From assembly GCF_006345805.1 (NCBI RefSeq), contig NC_043009.1, positions 28,396,001-28,460,000 of the forward strand: DNA of 64,000 nt, given 5' to 3'. This DNA comes from Octopus sinensis. Lineage: Eukaryota. Made by a program: the position numbers and the translations under genes. Under the pieces are notes generated by a model. The model did no database searches. It saw only the letters and a list, made by a program, of their open reading frames with translations, and was not told the origin of the DNA. Of this stretch, positions 13,667-27,929 are shown piece by piece (positions within the stretch are counted from its first letter, which is position 1; each line of letters opens with the position of its first letter).

Positions 13667-13981
13667 TGAAGGTGCATGGCTCAGTGGTTGGAGCCTTAGA
13701 CTCACAATCATGTGGTAATGAGCTCAATTCACAGACCAGGCTGTGTGGGGTGTTCTTGAGCAAGACATTTTGCTCACTCCAGTTCACTCAGCTGTAGAAA
13801 TGAGTTGTAACATCATTGGTGCCACACTGTATCAATTTTTTGCCTTTCCATTGGATAACATCGATGGCGTGGAGAGTGGAGGCTGGTATACATGGGCAAC
13901 TGCTAGTCTGCCACAAACAACCTTTCCCAGACTTGTGCCTTGGTGGGGAACTTCTTAAGGGCAACCTCATGGTCATTCATG
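13667..13981 (+). mobile_element. tRNA-derived SINE family C
   Basis: GGTGCATGGCTCAGTGGTT A-box head and TTCTTGAGCAAGACA..CACTCAGCTGTAGAAATGAGT core. Second copy 17173-17507; partial copies 26170-26460. Confidence 0.7.
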
Positions 13982-14448
13982 TATACGAGTAAACACATAA
14001 ACAAACCGACACATATACATACACACAGGTACATATGTGTATGTGTATACGTGAAATAAACATTAGAGATGCTCTATCTTCACAAAGACAGTAGGGGTTA
14101 CGCGGAGGTTTTTCAAGCTCTTCTAAATTTATCGTATAAGGAGAGATCTCGGGGTCACCCCTTATCCAGTATGCTTCACCTAAGTGGGGCAGTGATAGAC
14201 TTTGCTAGCAGAAAGGTTCCACTTATGATTCCTTATATATAGGCACAGCCATGAGTACACAAAAGCTTCCTTCCCAGCTGTGCCATTTTCAGTACAGTCC
14301 CAATGCGTGGCACCTTGGGCAAATGTCTTCTGCTAGAACCTTTGACCAACCAAAACATTATGAGTTGATTTGATGGACAAAAGTTGAAAGAATCCGACCC
14401 ATGCTAGCATGGAAAGCGGACGCTAAATGATGATGATCATCATCATCA

Positions 14449-14633
14449 CCATGATAGATTGTTAGCCATGAAACCTTTTTTATTTTCTCTCCCTATTTAT
14501 TTTTGTGTTTCTTTCTGTCGAAGAGCGTAAGCTCAAAATATAAAAGACTGTCTCATTTCCCAAGCATTAAACTAATACATCTGCTTGTTGTTTACTCAAC
14601 CGTCTTCGTCTTTGTCTTTTTGTAAATTCTCAC

Positions 14634-14635
<2 letters not shown>
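14449..14635 (+). mobile_element. HHR family 2 repeat, second copy
   Basis: Homologous to 1042-1240(-). Motif UCUUU-CUGUCGA-A-GAGC(GUAA)GCUC-AAAAUAUA-AAAGA at about 14510-14547; GAAAC has decayed. Confidence 0.65.
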
Positions 14636-14698
<63 letters not shown>

Positions 14699-14716
14699 CA
14701 ATATATATATAATATA

Positions 14717-14749
<33 letters not shown>

Positions 14750-14828
14750 GATATATATATATACATATACATATTATATTATATTTAATATATATTTATA
14801 TATTTATTGATATATATATATGTATATT

Positions 14829-14914
<86 letters not shown>

Positions 14915-15209
14915 ATAGATATACATACATATGTCAAAACAAATTTTTGGCATTTTGATATTTTAATAATTGGTTATGCTATCTTATATTATATTATATC
15001 ATATTCTTAGTATATTATGTTATATTATAATATAAATATATTATTGGATTGTCAATTATATCTCTCTACTTAATTTTATCTTTGTAATTTCCATTATATC
15101 AATATTTATATGGTATCCAACTGACGTACCAGTGAATTGGTAGCTTCACACACCCACCTGAAAAGAAATTTTTTCTTTAGTTTGTTCATTTATATATGTA
15201 CACATTCTT

Positions 15210-15600
15210 TTATTCTTTTATTTGTTTCAGCCAAGTGACTGTGGCCATGCTGGAGCACCACCTTTAGTTGAGCAAACCGCCCCCTGGATTTATTCTTTCT
15301 AAGCCTAGTATTTATCCTATCGGTCTCTTTTGCCAAACTGCTAAGTTACGGGTACATAAACACACCAGCATTAGTTGTCAAACAACGTCGGTGGGGGGGG
15401 GACAAATACAGACACAGACACACGCACATACATATATATATACCACAGGCTTCTTTCAGTTTCCATCTACCAAATCCACTCACAAGGCTTTGGTTGGCTC
15501 AAGGCTATAGTAGAAGACACTCACCCAAGGTGTCACTTAGTGGGACTGAACCCAGAACCATGTGGTTGGTAAGCAAGCTACCTACTACATAGCAACTCCT
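15210..15600 (-). mobile_element. tRNA-derived SINE family B
   Basis: Reverse complement reads GGTTCTGGGTTCAGTCCCACT (B-box), CCTTGGGTGAGTGTCTTCTACTATAGCC, GCCTTGTGAGTGGATTTGGTAGA. Other copies at about 18638-19046(-), 23680-24345(+, split), 25920-26130(-), 33555-34250(+, split), 38023-38375(+), 39520-39680(+), 42600-42855(-), 48150-48770(-), 60490-60680(-), 63255-63395(-), 63738-64000(-). Confidence 0.8.
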
Positions 15601-16399
15601 AATATATATATGTTGATATACATATTATATTATGATGTGATGTGTGTGTGTGTATGCATTTGTATGTATGTGTGCAAGAGTCTGTGCGTACACTTGTTTT
15701 CATATCACATGATTGTTGTAAAAGAGCATCATCATCATCGTATAAGCATTGTTATTTATCTCCAGTTTCCATGGAAAATATGTCTGGCCAAGGAGAAACA
15801 TTAACTTGCTTGGAAACAAGCAAATGTTGGTGCTGAGAAGGGTGTCTGGCTACAAATGTTGCCTTAACAAATTCCATTGGCTCTCATGAGTATGGAAAAG
15901 TGAATATTAAAACAATGCGGCTATTATATATGCACATGAAGGCAGTGAGGTGGCAGAATTGTAAACATACCAGACAAAATGGTCAGTGGCATTTTGTCCA
16001 TCTTGACGAACAAATTCTGTCATGGTCAACTTAAACTTTCATCTTTTGAGGGTCGAAAAGTTAAGTACCAGTTGATTACTGGGGTCGATATAATTGGTTT
16101 GCCCTCTTCCACAAATTCCAGGCCTTATGCCTATAATAGAGTGGATATCATAAGCAAACATGTACATATTTCCCCCCTGTTTTTATTGCCCTCTACTTTG
16201 CACTCTACTTTGTCTCCTAACCACTTTTCTTTTTCTTCTTCCCTATCCCTTTATCCCCTCTCATTTCTTCTCTCCATCCTTCTTTCTTCCCCCACTATAC
16301 CCATCCTCCACCCCTTCCTACCCTAAGCATGCACACAACTCCCTACCTTTTCCTTCTCTTTTTAAATCTCCCTCCATAGGACCAGCTTTCCTAAACTTC

Positions 16400-16830
16400 T
16401 TTCTCTATTTCTTCTTCTTCTTCTTCTTCTTCTTCTTTTCTTCTTCTTCTTCTTCTTTCTTCTTTCTTTTCTTCTTCTTCTTCTTCTTCTTCTTTCTTCT
16501 TTCTTCTTCTCTTTTTCTTCTTTCTCCTCCTTTCTTTCTCTCTCTTTCCTCCTCTTTCTCTTTTCTTCTTCTTCTCTTCTTCTTCTTTTTTCCTTCTCTT
16601 CTCTTCCTTCCTTCTCCTCCTCTCTTCTTCTTCTTCTCTTCTTTTCTTCTCTTCTTCTTCTTCTCTTCTCTTCTTCTTTTCTTCTTCTTCTTTCTTTTCT
16701 TCTTCTTCTCTCTCTTCTTCTTCTTCTTCCTTTTCTTCTTCTTCTTCTTCGTCTTTTCTTCTTTCTTTTCTTCTTCTTCTTCTTCTTCTTCTTTTCTTCT
16801 TCTTCTTCCTTCTTCTTCTTCTTCTTCTTC
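16400..16830. repeat. Imperfect (CTT)n polypyrimidine tract, about 430 bp
   Basis: Directly visible; source of the F/S- and K/E/R-rich pseudo-ORFs. Confidence 0.95.
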
Positions 16831-16855
16831 TACCCCCACTTTTCTGCCCTTTCAG

Positions 16856-16893
16856 TTTTTCTGATGAAGGACTGACATCTGAAAAGTTAAAGA
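16856..16893 (+). ncRNA. Degenerate minimal hammerhead-like motif
   Basis: UUUUU-CUGAUGA-A-GGA(CUGACA)UCU-GAAAA-GUU-AAAGA. Stem I pairs; weak 3-bp stem II; C15.2 replaced by A. Confidence 0.35.
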
Positions 16894-18158
16894 ACATTTT
16901 CTTTTTCACTTTTGTTAAAATTGCTCCTTCTTGAGTTTTTTATTCATTTTGTTCATTCATCATTTATGTATCATTCACTATTTTCTTTTTACTTTTCTTT
17001 TTACTTCATAGATACTGACCAATGCTTGTCTATTCTTGTACATTGTTGGAGAATATTCGTTACAGGCTCTATTGTTCCATCAGTTTTCATTAGGCTTGTT
17101 TTTGGTATGGTATCATATTTGCAACAGGAAATAACCCGAAGAACAACATATCTAGTTGTCTCTATTTGTATTGTGAAGGTGTATGGCTCAGTGGTTAGAG
17201 CATTGGACTCACAATCTTAAGGTAGTGAGTTCAATTCCTAGTCTGTCTTGAGAGTTGTGTTCTTGAGCAAGACACTCTATTTCATATTGTTCCATTTCAC
17301 TCAGCTGTAGAAATGAGTTGTGATGTCACTGATGCCAAGCTGTATTGGCCTTTGCCTTTGTCTTGGATAACATCAGTGACGGGAAGAGGGAGGGTGATAT
17401 GCATGAGTGACTGTCAGTCTTCCATAAACAACTTTGCATGAACTTGAACCTCGGAGGGGAACTTTCTAGATGCAATCTATGGTCATTCGTGATTGAAGGA
17501 GGTCTTTATATGTTTGTGCTATGGTCTACATCTTTTAAGTTTTTGGTTTGCTCTTCCTTGGGTTGGTGTTATCACCTCAAGTCACAGAAATTGAATGGTT
17601 TCTTTTTTTTTTTTGCCTTAATATGATTCTTAATATGACAGAATCATTAACATGTTATACAGAATGCTTCACAACGTTGCATTCTTCTTTATTATGTTCT
17701 GAGTTCAAATTCATCTTTTATCTTTTCAGCATTGGTAAAACTAATAACCAATCAGGTACTGGGGTTGATGTAATCAACCTACACCCCCTCAGAATTACTG
17801 GCCTTGTGCCAAAATCTGAAACCAGTATGTTTATTTCACTTGTGTTATAATTTCTAGCAACATGGTGTCCTTTTCCCGAGTAAGTTCTTTGTTATATAGA
17901 TACTGTTTTGTAACTATAACTTATTACTAATCGTTTTCTTTGATGTTTTTCTTGAAGTAATAAACAAGTATTAGAGTAATCAACATATTCTGCTAATATT
18001 TTTGTTCCTGTTGATTACTTTTGATTGCCAAGCAGTGTTTGTGGAATCATGGTTTGTGGAGAGATTACTTACGTTGATAATGGTTGTTTTTCTTCATAGT
18101 TAATCTTATTAAGCTTCGATAACATTTATTACTGGTGTCTAGTTTGGGGAGGTTCTGT

Positions 18159-18373
18159 GGCAAGGAAGGTTATTGTGTAAGGCCAGTACAATGTGAGAAG
18201 ATATAAAGTAAACTACAAAACAAAAAGAAAACAAAACAAAGTTGCAGTTTTATTTTGTATTTTTATATTTCGGGGTGAAGAGCCCGTCTTCAGGACATTT
18301 TTCAAATGTCCTCTTATATATATACCAACCCATGCTAGCATGGAAAGTGGACGCTAAGCGAAGATGATGATGA

Positions 18374-18413
<40 letters not shown>

Positions 18414-18581
18414 GTGTGTGCTTTTGTGTTCGTGTATGGCAAGAAAGGTTGTTGTGTAAGGCTGGAACAATGTGAGAAGGTATGAAGTAAACTACAAAAT
18501 GAAAAGAAAACAAAAACAAAAATTGTATTTCTGTATTTCGGAGTGAAGAGCCCTTCTTCAGGGCATGTTCCAAATGTCCTC
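18159..18581. repeat. Diverged direct repeat pair (18159-18313 and 18438-18581)
   Basis: Both run GGCAAG..TGTGTAAGGC..ACAATGTGAGAAG..GTGAAGAGCCC.TCTTCAGG..AAATGTCCTC, separated by an RTE tail and a TA tract. Confidence 0.75.
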
Positions 18582-19047
18582 GTTAATATAATTGTGTGTG
18601 TGCCTCTGTGTGTATGTATATGTATTCTCTTTTTTTAATACTTTTACTTGTTTCAGTCATTTGACTGTAGCCATACTGAAGCACCTCATTAAAGGGTTTT
18701 AGTTGAAGACATCAACGCCAGGACTTATTATTTGAAAGCCCAGTACTTATTCTATCGGTCCCTTTTGCCAAACTGCTAAGTTATGGGGACATAAACACAC
18801 CAACATCGGCTGTCATACGATGGTGGAAGGACAACCACAGGCACAAAGACACACACACATAAATATGTAATATATATATATATATATATGTATAATGTGG
18901 CTCATTTAGTTTCCATCTACCAAATCCACTTACTAGGCTTTGATCAGCCTGAGGCTATAGTAGAAGACACCTGCCCAAGTTGTCACACAGTCGGACTGAA
19001 CCCAGAACTATGTGGTTGGTAAGCAAGATTCTTACCACACAGCCATA

Positions 19048-19082
<35 letters not shown>

Positions 19083-19361
19083 CCATCATCATCGTTTAAC
19101 ATCCGTTTTCCATGCTATATATATACACACACACATATATATATATTATAGCTGGAAGATGACAGAGGTAAAAGCTTTCAGGATTTTCTTCATTTTATAT
19201 GTATTCTATCAACTATATTTTCCAAACATTCTCCTCTACGGTTAATTTGGTCACAAAGGTAACATAAGCTATTTATACACACACACACACACACATATAT
19301 ATATACTTATTATTACAAGGATATATCTATATCTCTTAAAGGGATGTTATTCAATTAATTA

Positions 19362-19792
19362 CAGGGTTATTCAAAAAGAATGAACCGATTTCATTACGCA
19401 ATATTTTAATAAGGAAAAACAATAGAAAACTCCAGCTGAGTCACAAGTATTTACTCACAATCAACTTTTATTTCCTGTCTTACAAGTGTTCGATGTGGTC
19501 ACCACCTGCAGCATGGGCAACATCAATGCGATAAGAGAATTCCTCCCAGACACACATCAGCATATCACGATCTACTGAGTACTTCTTTGGCTGTCTGGTT
19601 GAATGCTTTATCGAAGTTTTTCCATTTCCCTTCTCTGTCAATATCTTCTGGAATCACCTCAAGCAAAGCAAATTCATTCTTTAGTTCCATAATGAACTTG
19701 TTTTTGATATGCTGATACGCTTATGAGAGGAATTCTCTTATTGCATTGATATTGCTCATGCTGCAGGTTGTGGCCACATTGAATACTTGTAA
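19362..19792. mobile_element. Tc1/mariner remnant with two inverted copies of the transposase 3' end
   Basis: TA|CAGGGTTATTCAAAAAGAATG terminus. Minus strand 19480-19578 gives SVDRDMLMCVWEEFSYRIDVAHAAGGDHIEHL*; plus strand ending at 19792 gives EEFSYCIDIAHAAGCGHIEYL*. Confidence 0.75.
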
Positions 19793-22242
19793 GAACCAGT
19801 TTGAATACTGGGGTCGATCCAAGATTCAGTCCCCCTCACTAAAAATTTCAGGCCTTGAGTCTTCCAGGCACATGCATCCCAATCATTCGTGCATGACATG
19901 ATGACCTCTTATCAAGATAAACTGCGCATGACCTTGCAGGTGGAGTCCAGTTAGAATTTCCTTCAGCTTGAGTAGCCCATCCTGCTCGAAAGGTCCCTGA
20001 TTAAGGGTTGTTTAAGGATGTTGAACAAAACACATACGTTTCCAAATGTGAATCATTCAAACCCAAAAGGATTCTTCTCAACACAAGGCTATGATGCTGT
20101 CCTACTACTACTACTATCAACATCATCATCATCACCACCACCACCACCACCACACCACCATCATCATCTTCATCATCATCACCACCATCATCACCATCAT
20201 CATCATCACCATCATCCTCATCATCATCATCATCATCATCATCTCATCATCATCATCATCATCATCATCATATTCTGCTGCTGTTGTTGTCGATAGCAGC
20301 ATTATCTTCTCTATTGCTAAGGAAATCAATCAATATTTTTTTAGTTTTTTTTTATATCTGAATTTTTTTTCCTCCTTATTTTTTTTAGAAATTTGTTTTT
20401 TAATAAGTATCCTCCTTGCTCGTGTTGCAGTTGTTGTTGTCGTAGTTATTACAATTAAAGTAGCGAGAATGTTGAAAGCAATTGACAGTTTCAATCCTGA
20501 TTGAAGATCGTAAGTTGATTTGCTTAAGTGAGCATCACTAGAATAATTGCTTGATAAACACTAATATATTCTATAGTTCTCTTTCTCCATTTTATTTTAA
20601 TGCACCCCTTGTATACTACACACTCACAGCCATATATACAAACACACATATATATATACATATATACATATATACATATATATATATATACATACATACA
20701 CGTATATATAAGTATATATAAAATATATAATTTTATATGTGTATATATATATATGCACACAGACAAACATATATATATATATATATATATATACACAAAC
20801 ACATGTATGTACACGTATACACATGCACACACATATACATATATATGTATAAGAATATATACATATGTGTGTGTATTTGTATATGTAACATATATACATG
20901 TACACAAAATGTATATATATTTATATAGGTGTGTGTATACATATAGACGTATATATATGTTTGTATTTATGCATATAAGTATATATACATATATATATAT
21001 GTATGTATGCATGTATGTATGTATATGTTTATATAAATATATACTACATATATATATTTATATATGTATATATATATTCATCTACACATACGCACACACA
21101 TGCATATATATGCACGTAACACACACACACACACCTAATGCTTCTTTAGTACATGAATAAGAAATGGATGTATATATTTCTTAACAGTATAGGGCAGGGG
21201 AAGAGGACACTTTGGAGGGGAAGGGTTCATAAGTTAGCGTGTGTATTTTCATGCACATGTTCAGTTTGTGTGTATATGCATTTGCGTGCGGGTGGGAAGT
21301 GAATATTAAAAGAGAGAGAGAGAGAGAGAGAGAGGGAGGAGGGAGAGCAGGCAATGTTGATATAGAAATCATCAATGTGAAGGAATCAAATGAAGCGAGG
21401 TGCATAGGAAGAAGTAAATAAATATATATATAAATTATATAACAAAAAAAACGCACAAATAAAAATATGTAATATGCGCTCGGAAAGCACTTGTCTCCTC
21501 TGATGTGCTTTCTTTCATTTATTCATTCTAGCAATTGTTTAGCATCAACTTATATAAAGCTTAACAATTATAGCATTTGTCCCAGAAACCAGATTCTGTA
21601 TGCTTGCTTTCTGCTTGCATCCTGGCGATGCTTTTAAAGAAAAATGAATAGATAAACACATTAATATGTGTAATAAAGTGTTCCGTGTATTGCGTTTATT
21701 AATGTAACATGTTAAAAGCTTGCAGAAAGTAGAGGAGAAATGAAAAGGGAGAAAAAAAAATATGAGCAAGAAAGAAAGAAAAAAACAAAAGAGAAGAGGT
21801 AAAGGGGGGGAAAATATGAAGGTAAAAATTGAGAAAGGAGTGAAAATAAAAGAAGTGGATGAAAAGACAATATCGAAAGGTGAGGGGGGAAAAACAACAA
21901 ATTAATGTAAACAATGACAAAAAAAAAATGTATAATGAAAGAAATATAGCATTATATGCCTTCCTCCAATGAACATAGACACACACTCACATATATAGAT
22001 ATGTGTATGTATGGATTATATATGTGTTATGTATTCATAAAAGGAGAGGGGAAAAGGGGGATTCATGTAGATGGATGTATTTTCGTATATATATATATAT
22101 ATATATATGTAGCATGGAACATGGACGTTAAACGATGATGATGATAAACTGGAAGGGAGAGAGAAGAGTATTCGTGTACGTGGGTGTATTTTCACATACA
22201 AATATACGTGTGTGTATGTGTATATATATATATGTATATATA

Positions 22243-22313
<71 letters not shown>

Positions 22314-22409
22314 CACATACACATATATATGTATATATACATATGTATGTATATATATATATATGCATATATAAGTGTGTGTACATTTATGCATGTTCTG
22401 CGTGTATCT

Positions 22410-22450
<41 letters not shown>

Positions 22451-23185
22451 CATATATACAGATACACGCAGAACATGCATAAATGTACACACACTTATAT
22501 ATGCATATATATATATATATACATACATATGTATATATACATATATATATTAATATATATATGTATGTAAATATTTGTGTATGTGTCTCTGTGTTTGTCC
22601 CTACGCCATTGCTTGACAACCTATGTTGGCGTGTTTATGTCCTCCTAATTTAACTGTTCTGCAAAAGAGGCCAACAGAATAAGTACTAGGCTTACAAAAA
22701 ATAAGTCCTGGGATCGATTTGTTCAGCTAAAAGCAGTGCTCCAGCATGGCTGCAGTCAAATGACTGAAACATATAAAAGTATAAAAGAATATACATACAT
22801 CATCATCATCATTATTTAACATTCATTTTCCATGCTGGCATGGGTTGGACAGTTTGACAAGAACTGGTAAGGCCTGGGTCCATACCAGGTTCCATTATTT
22901 GTTTTTGGCATGGTTTTTACAGCTGGATGTGCTTCTTAATGGGAACCACTTTACAGAGTGTAACTGGGTGCTTTTTATGTGGCACCATCATCAGTGCTTC
23001 TTATGTGGCAAATAAGCACATAACAATATGTGTTTTATTCCTTTCACTAAGGTGAATAAATAAATAAACAATATGGATCCCTAGCAAGACATGTGTCCTC
23101 TATGCCACTGAGGTGAGCAGCCTAGCATTTGAGATCTTAGGATTCATCATAGAAAGTCATTGGAATGGCTTGAAACTAAGATCTG

Positions 23186-23494
23186 ACATTATTTACATTT
23201 GACGGATATTTGGCCTCATCTTGTTTGTTGTTAACATAACGTTTTAGCTGATATTACTCTCCAGCCTTTATGAGATGTCTTAGGGAAATTTCGAACCTGG
23301 GTTCTCATTCCTAAGGTATTTTTCGATGTTGTTGTTGTTATTATTATTATTATTATTATTCAGGTTACTGCCTGGAATTGAACTCGGAATCTTGGGGTTA
23401 GTAGCATGCGCTCTTAACCACTACACCATATGCCCATCAAATGTAAGTAATGTAAATAATGTACATAGTTCCTCATCTCTTAGATATATAACTG
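23186..23494 (-). mobile_element. HHR-SINE family 1 with inverted tail fragment and 9-bp TSD
   Basis: Minus-strand copy 23186-23435 followed by the tail in + orientation. TSD TAAGATCTG (23177-85) / TAATATCTG (23495-503). HHR core is degraded. Confidence 0.8.
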
Positions 23495-26130
23495 TAATAT
23501 CTGGCATTTTTAATTTCGTGAGAAGAACAACATCTATTTAGTTTCCAAAAAATGTTGTTTGATTAATGTAATTTGGTGGAGAAATATATGCGACATACAA
23601 ACATTCTTATTTGAAGAAATTGTTTTTGATTCAGGAGTCAAATGATGCATCATTATACTGCAGAATTTTTATAAATAATTCGACATGGGTTAGCAGTAAA
23701 AAGTTTGCTTCCCAACAACATAGTCCTGAGTTCAGTTCCACTGTGTGGCACCTTGTGTGAGTGTCTTCCGTGATATCCTTGAGTCGCCCAAAATCTTCTG
23801 AGTGGATTTGGTAGAAGGAAACTGAAAGAAGCCTGTCGCATCATCATCATTATCATCATTGTTTAACGTCCATCTTCCATGGTGACATGGGTTGGACAGT
23901 TTGACTGGGGATTGGCAAGCCAGGAGAAGCTGCAACAGGCTCCAGTTTGGTCAGGCAGTGTTTCTACTGCTGGATGCCCTTCCTAATGCCAACCACTCTG
24001 AGAGTGTAGTGGGTGCTTTTTATGTGCCACTGGCATGGGACCCAGTTAGGTGGCACTGGCAACGACCCATGCATGAATGGTGCATATTGCTTATATGTGT
24101 GTATGTGTGTGAGTGAGTGAGTGAGTGTGTGAGTGTGTGTGTGAGTGAGTGTGTTTGTCCTCACTGCTTGACAACCAGTGTTGGTGTGTTTATGTCCCTG
24201 TAACTTAACATTTAGCAAGAGAGACCAAATAGAATAAATATCAGGCCTGCAAAAACAGACATTGATCCATTCAACTAAAATTCTTCAAAGCGGTGCCCCA
24301 GCATGGCCACAATCTAATGACTGAAACAAGCAAAAAATAAAAGATAAAAGGCAACATTTGAATAAGGAAACAAAAATGGATTCAAACTTGCAACAATATT
24401 TCCAGTAGCAAATGGGGCAAGCTGGCAGACTCGTTAGCATGCTGGCAGACTCGTTAGCATGCTGAGCGTTTTGTCTGTCTCTATGTTCTGAGTTCAAATT
24501 TCGTTAAGGTCAGCTTTGCCTCTCATCCTTTTGGAGTCAATGAAATAAATACCAGCTGAATAGTGGGGTCGATGTAATTGGTTTATCCCCTTCCCCTGTG
24601 TTGCTGGCCTTGTGCTAAAATTCGAAATCAATATTTCCAATAACAAGGAAAACAAAACAAAAAGAAAAAAAGAAAAGTAAAGATTTTGACTTCATGAAGT
24701 TAAAAGTGCACAGGAAACAACATTCTATTGTACAGTTCACCAAGATGTTGTTCCATTACATTGAATAAAAGAATGCTTTCTGAGGCATTTTAGAATTTAT
24801 TTCTCCAATCAAAGAGGAATAAAATCAAAATAAAGAGATTAAATTAAAAAACAAACAAACAAGCAAAACTGATGATGTTTCACCATAAACAGTGAGTTGC
24901 ATGACAAACATGTCATATCAGCGAAAATATTACAGTCAAAGAAAATTAATTTATTAGTAAAACTCATAAATAATTGTCATCTCATATTTTATACCTCAAG
25001 GTAAACTTAATCGGGTCTCTTTTCTAAAATACTTGCAATTTCATTTTCCTTTATATCAGCAGGTGTCTGTGCTTGTAATTATACTCCACCATTCTTTTCT
25101 GCCCTAGGAACAAGGCCTGAAATTTTGTGGGAGAGGGCAAGTCGATTAAATCGACCCCAGTATGCAACTGGTACTTAATCTATCAACCCTGAAAAGATGA
25201 CAGGCAAAGTTGACCTCGGTGGAATTTGAACTCAGACTGTAAAGACAGACAAAATACCACTGAGCATTTCACCCAGTGTTCTAATGTTTCTGCTAGATTG
25301 CAGCATTTAAAAAATATTGATTTCTTTATTGCCCACAGGGGGGGGGGGGATAAACAAGAGGGGACAAACAAGGACAGACAAAGGATTAAGTTGATTACAT
25401 CGACCCCAGTTCATAACTGGTACTTATTTAATTAACCCCGAAAGGATGAAAGGCAAAGTCGACCTCAGTGGAATTTGAATTCAGAACGTAACAGCTGTCG
25501 AAATACTGATAAGCATTTCGCCTGGCATGCTAACTATTCTGCCAGCTTGCCAATCTCGTTATACTCCACAACTAAGTAATCTATTTTAATTAGCTTTAGA
25601 AAAGTCAGTTGAATTTTATTTTATTAAATTAAAAAAAAACCCAAAAAAAACACCATCCAAGCGTGGCACCTGTGTCGGTGGCACATAAAATCACCCACTA
25701 CACTCTCGGAGTGGTTGGCGTTAGGAAGGGCATCCAGCTGTAGAAACACTGCCAGATCTGACTGGCCTGGTGCAGCCTTCGGGCTCCCCAGACCCCAGTT
25801 GAACCGTCCAACCCATGCTAGCATGGAAAGCGGACGTTAAATGATGATAATGATGATGATGATTTTGTCCCCCTGCCCCCTTTCCAGGATTTTTCATTAA
25901 TTTTCATTAGTTATTACTTTATTATTTTACCTGTTTCAGTCATTTGACTGTGGCCATGCTGGAGCACTACCTTTAGTCAAACAAATTGACCCCAGGACTT
26001 ATTATTTGTAAGCCTGGTACTTATTCTATCAGTCTCTTTTGCTGAAGTGCTAAGTTATGTGTGACATAAACACACCAGCATTAGTTGTCAAGTGACAGTG
26101 GGGGGATAAACAGACACACAAATACCTACG

Positions 26131-26171
<41 letters not shown>

Positions 26172-27859
26172 GCCTTTCCCTTAGATAACATTGGTGGTGT
26201 GGAGAGTGTAGGCTGGTATGCATGGGTAGCTGCCTGGACTTGTGCCTCAGAGGGGAACTTTCTAGGTGCAATCCCATGGTCATTCATGACCGAAGGGGGT
26301 CTTTACCCTTTACCCTATGTACATATGATAGCATGGAGAGGGGAGTCTGGTATGCATAGTCCACTGCTGGTCTTCCGTAAACAACCTTGCCTGGGCACAT
26401 TCTTTGGAAGGGAACTTTCTAAGTGCAATCCCATGGTCATTCATGACCGAAGGCAGGGTCTTTACCCTTGTACCCTTTTATCAATCAAAAATAGAATTGG
26501 TAATTTCTGCTTCTGCAATACTTTTTCAATATCTCCTGCAAGTACCATTTTCATATCCACTGCAAAAAAGATTTGTTTGATTCTTGAAGAAAGTCTGAAG
26601 AATTGTCTTTGAGGTCTCTTGGTGAGGTTGTTTGCCCATTTTCTGTCTTAAAACTGGTGCTTTATAATTTATAATATGATTCATATTAATTCTTTGACTA
26701 CAGAATTAAATTTCCTAGTCATTCCTATAATGATTTTAATTATCCACAAAAAAAACAAGATTGATATTTTATGCTTCTGCCTTACTTTTCCCATATCTCT
26801 TGCAGGTTTGGTTTCATGGCCTCCATCAAAATATTTGATTCTTACTCTGTGGAGAGAGATTTGATGAAAATTGTGAAAAAAATTAAGAAAATCTGAAAAA
26901 TTGTCTTTTGTAAAAAAGTGTCACAGGGAAAGTCTTTGCTTCTCACAGCATAAAGAGAGTTTTTTTTTCAAAGCCATGGGGTAAAACCATTTTCTGCACT
27001 TAAAGGTAATAAAATTTGAGGTGGATATATCCATTTTCAATGTTCAAATGGTTAAAAGATGATGATGATGATGACAATGATATTAATGATGATGGTGATA
27101 ATGATGATTGTGGTGGTGATGATGATGATGACAGTGGTGGTGATGTTGATGACGATGATGGTGGCGATGGTGGTGGTGATGATGATGATGACAATGATGA
27201 TAATGATGAGGATGATGATGATATACCTTAATAAGGCCAGTCCAGTGACTTGCCAATCAGGAGTTTCCATGGCATGCAGTCATTTCTTCAAACAATTCAA
27301 AACCAAAGAATTGGCTGCAGGCTGAGAAAATTCCTTGGTGAAAAAAAAAAGAAAAACAAGAGCAAATCGGGAAACAAAAAGCAAAATACAAAAACCCCCA
27401 ACTCCAAAGAACTTCTCTGATTAACATTGCGTAGTTCACCATTTTTTCTTTTTGATGCCAGTTACATCATCCTCTTACTTCTACTGCAGAAAAATTCCTT
27501 ACCAAATTTAACACCATTTAATATAAAGGATGATGAGGTAGGGTTGATGGTGGAACTGATGGTGATGTTGCTGAAGAAGAAGAAGATGATGATGATGATG
27601 ATGATGATGATTACGAAGCTGCTCCTCCTGCTGTCGTTGATGATGATGTTGATGATAATGATGATGATACTGATGACTACGAGGATGGAGAAGATGCAAG
27701 ATGGAGAATGATGCTGATGATGATTATTGATGCTGATGATGATGGTGAAGATGCAAGACGATCATGGCACTAATGGTGACGATGAGGAGGATGAGGAAGA
27801 TGCTGCTGCAAATGATGATGATATTGATGATGATGATGACGACGATGATGATGATAAAA

Positions 27860-27929
<70 letters not shown>

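Noticed and set aside
16160-16909. F/S-rich and K/E/R-rich ORFs
   Set aside because: Translations of a (CTT)n tract.
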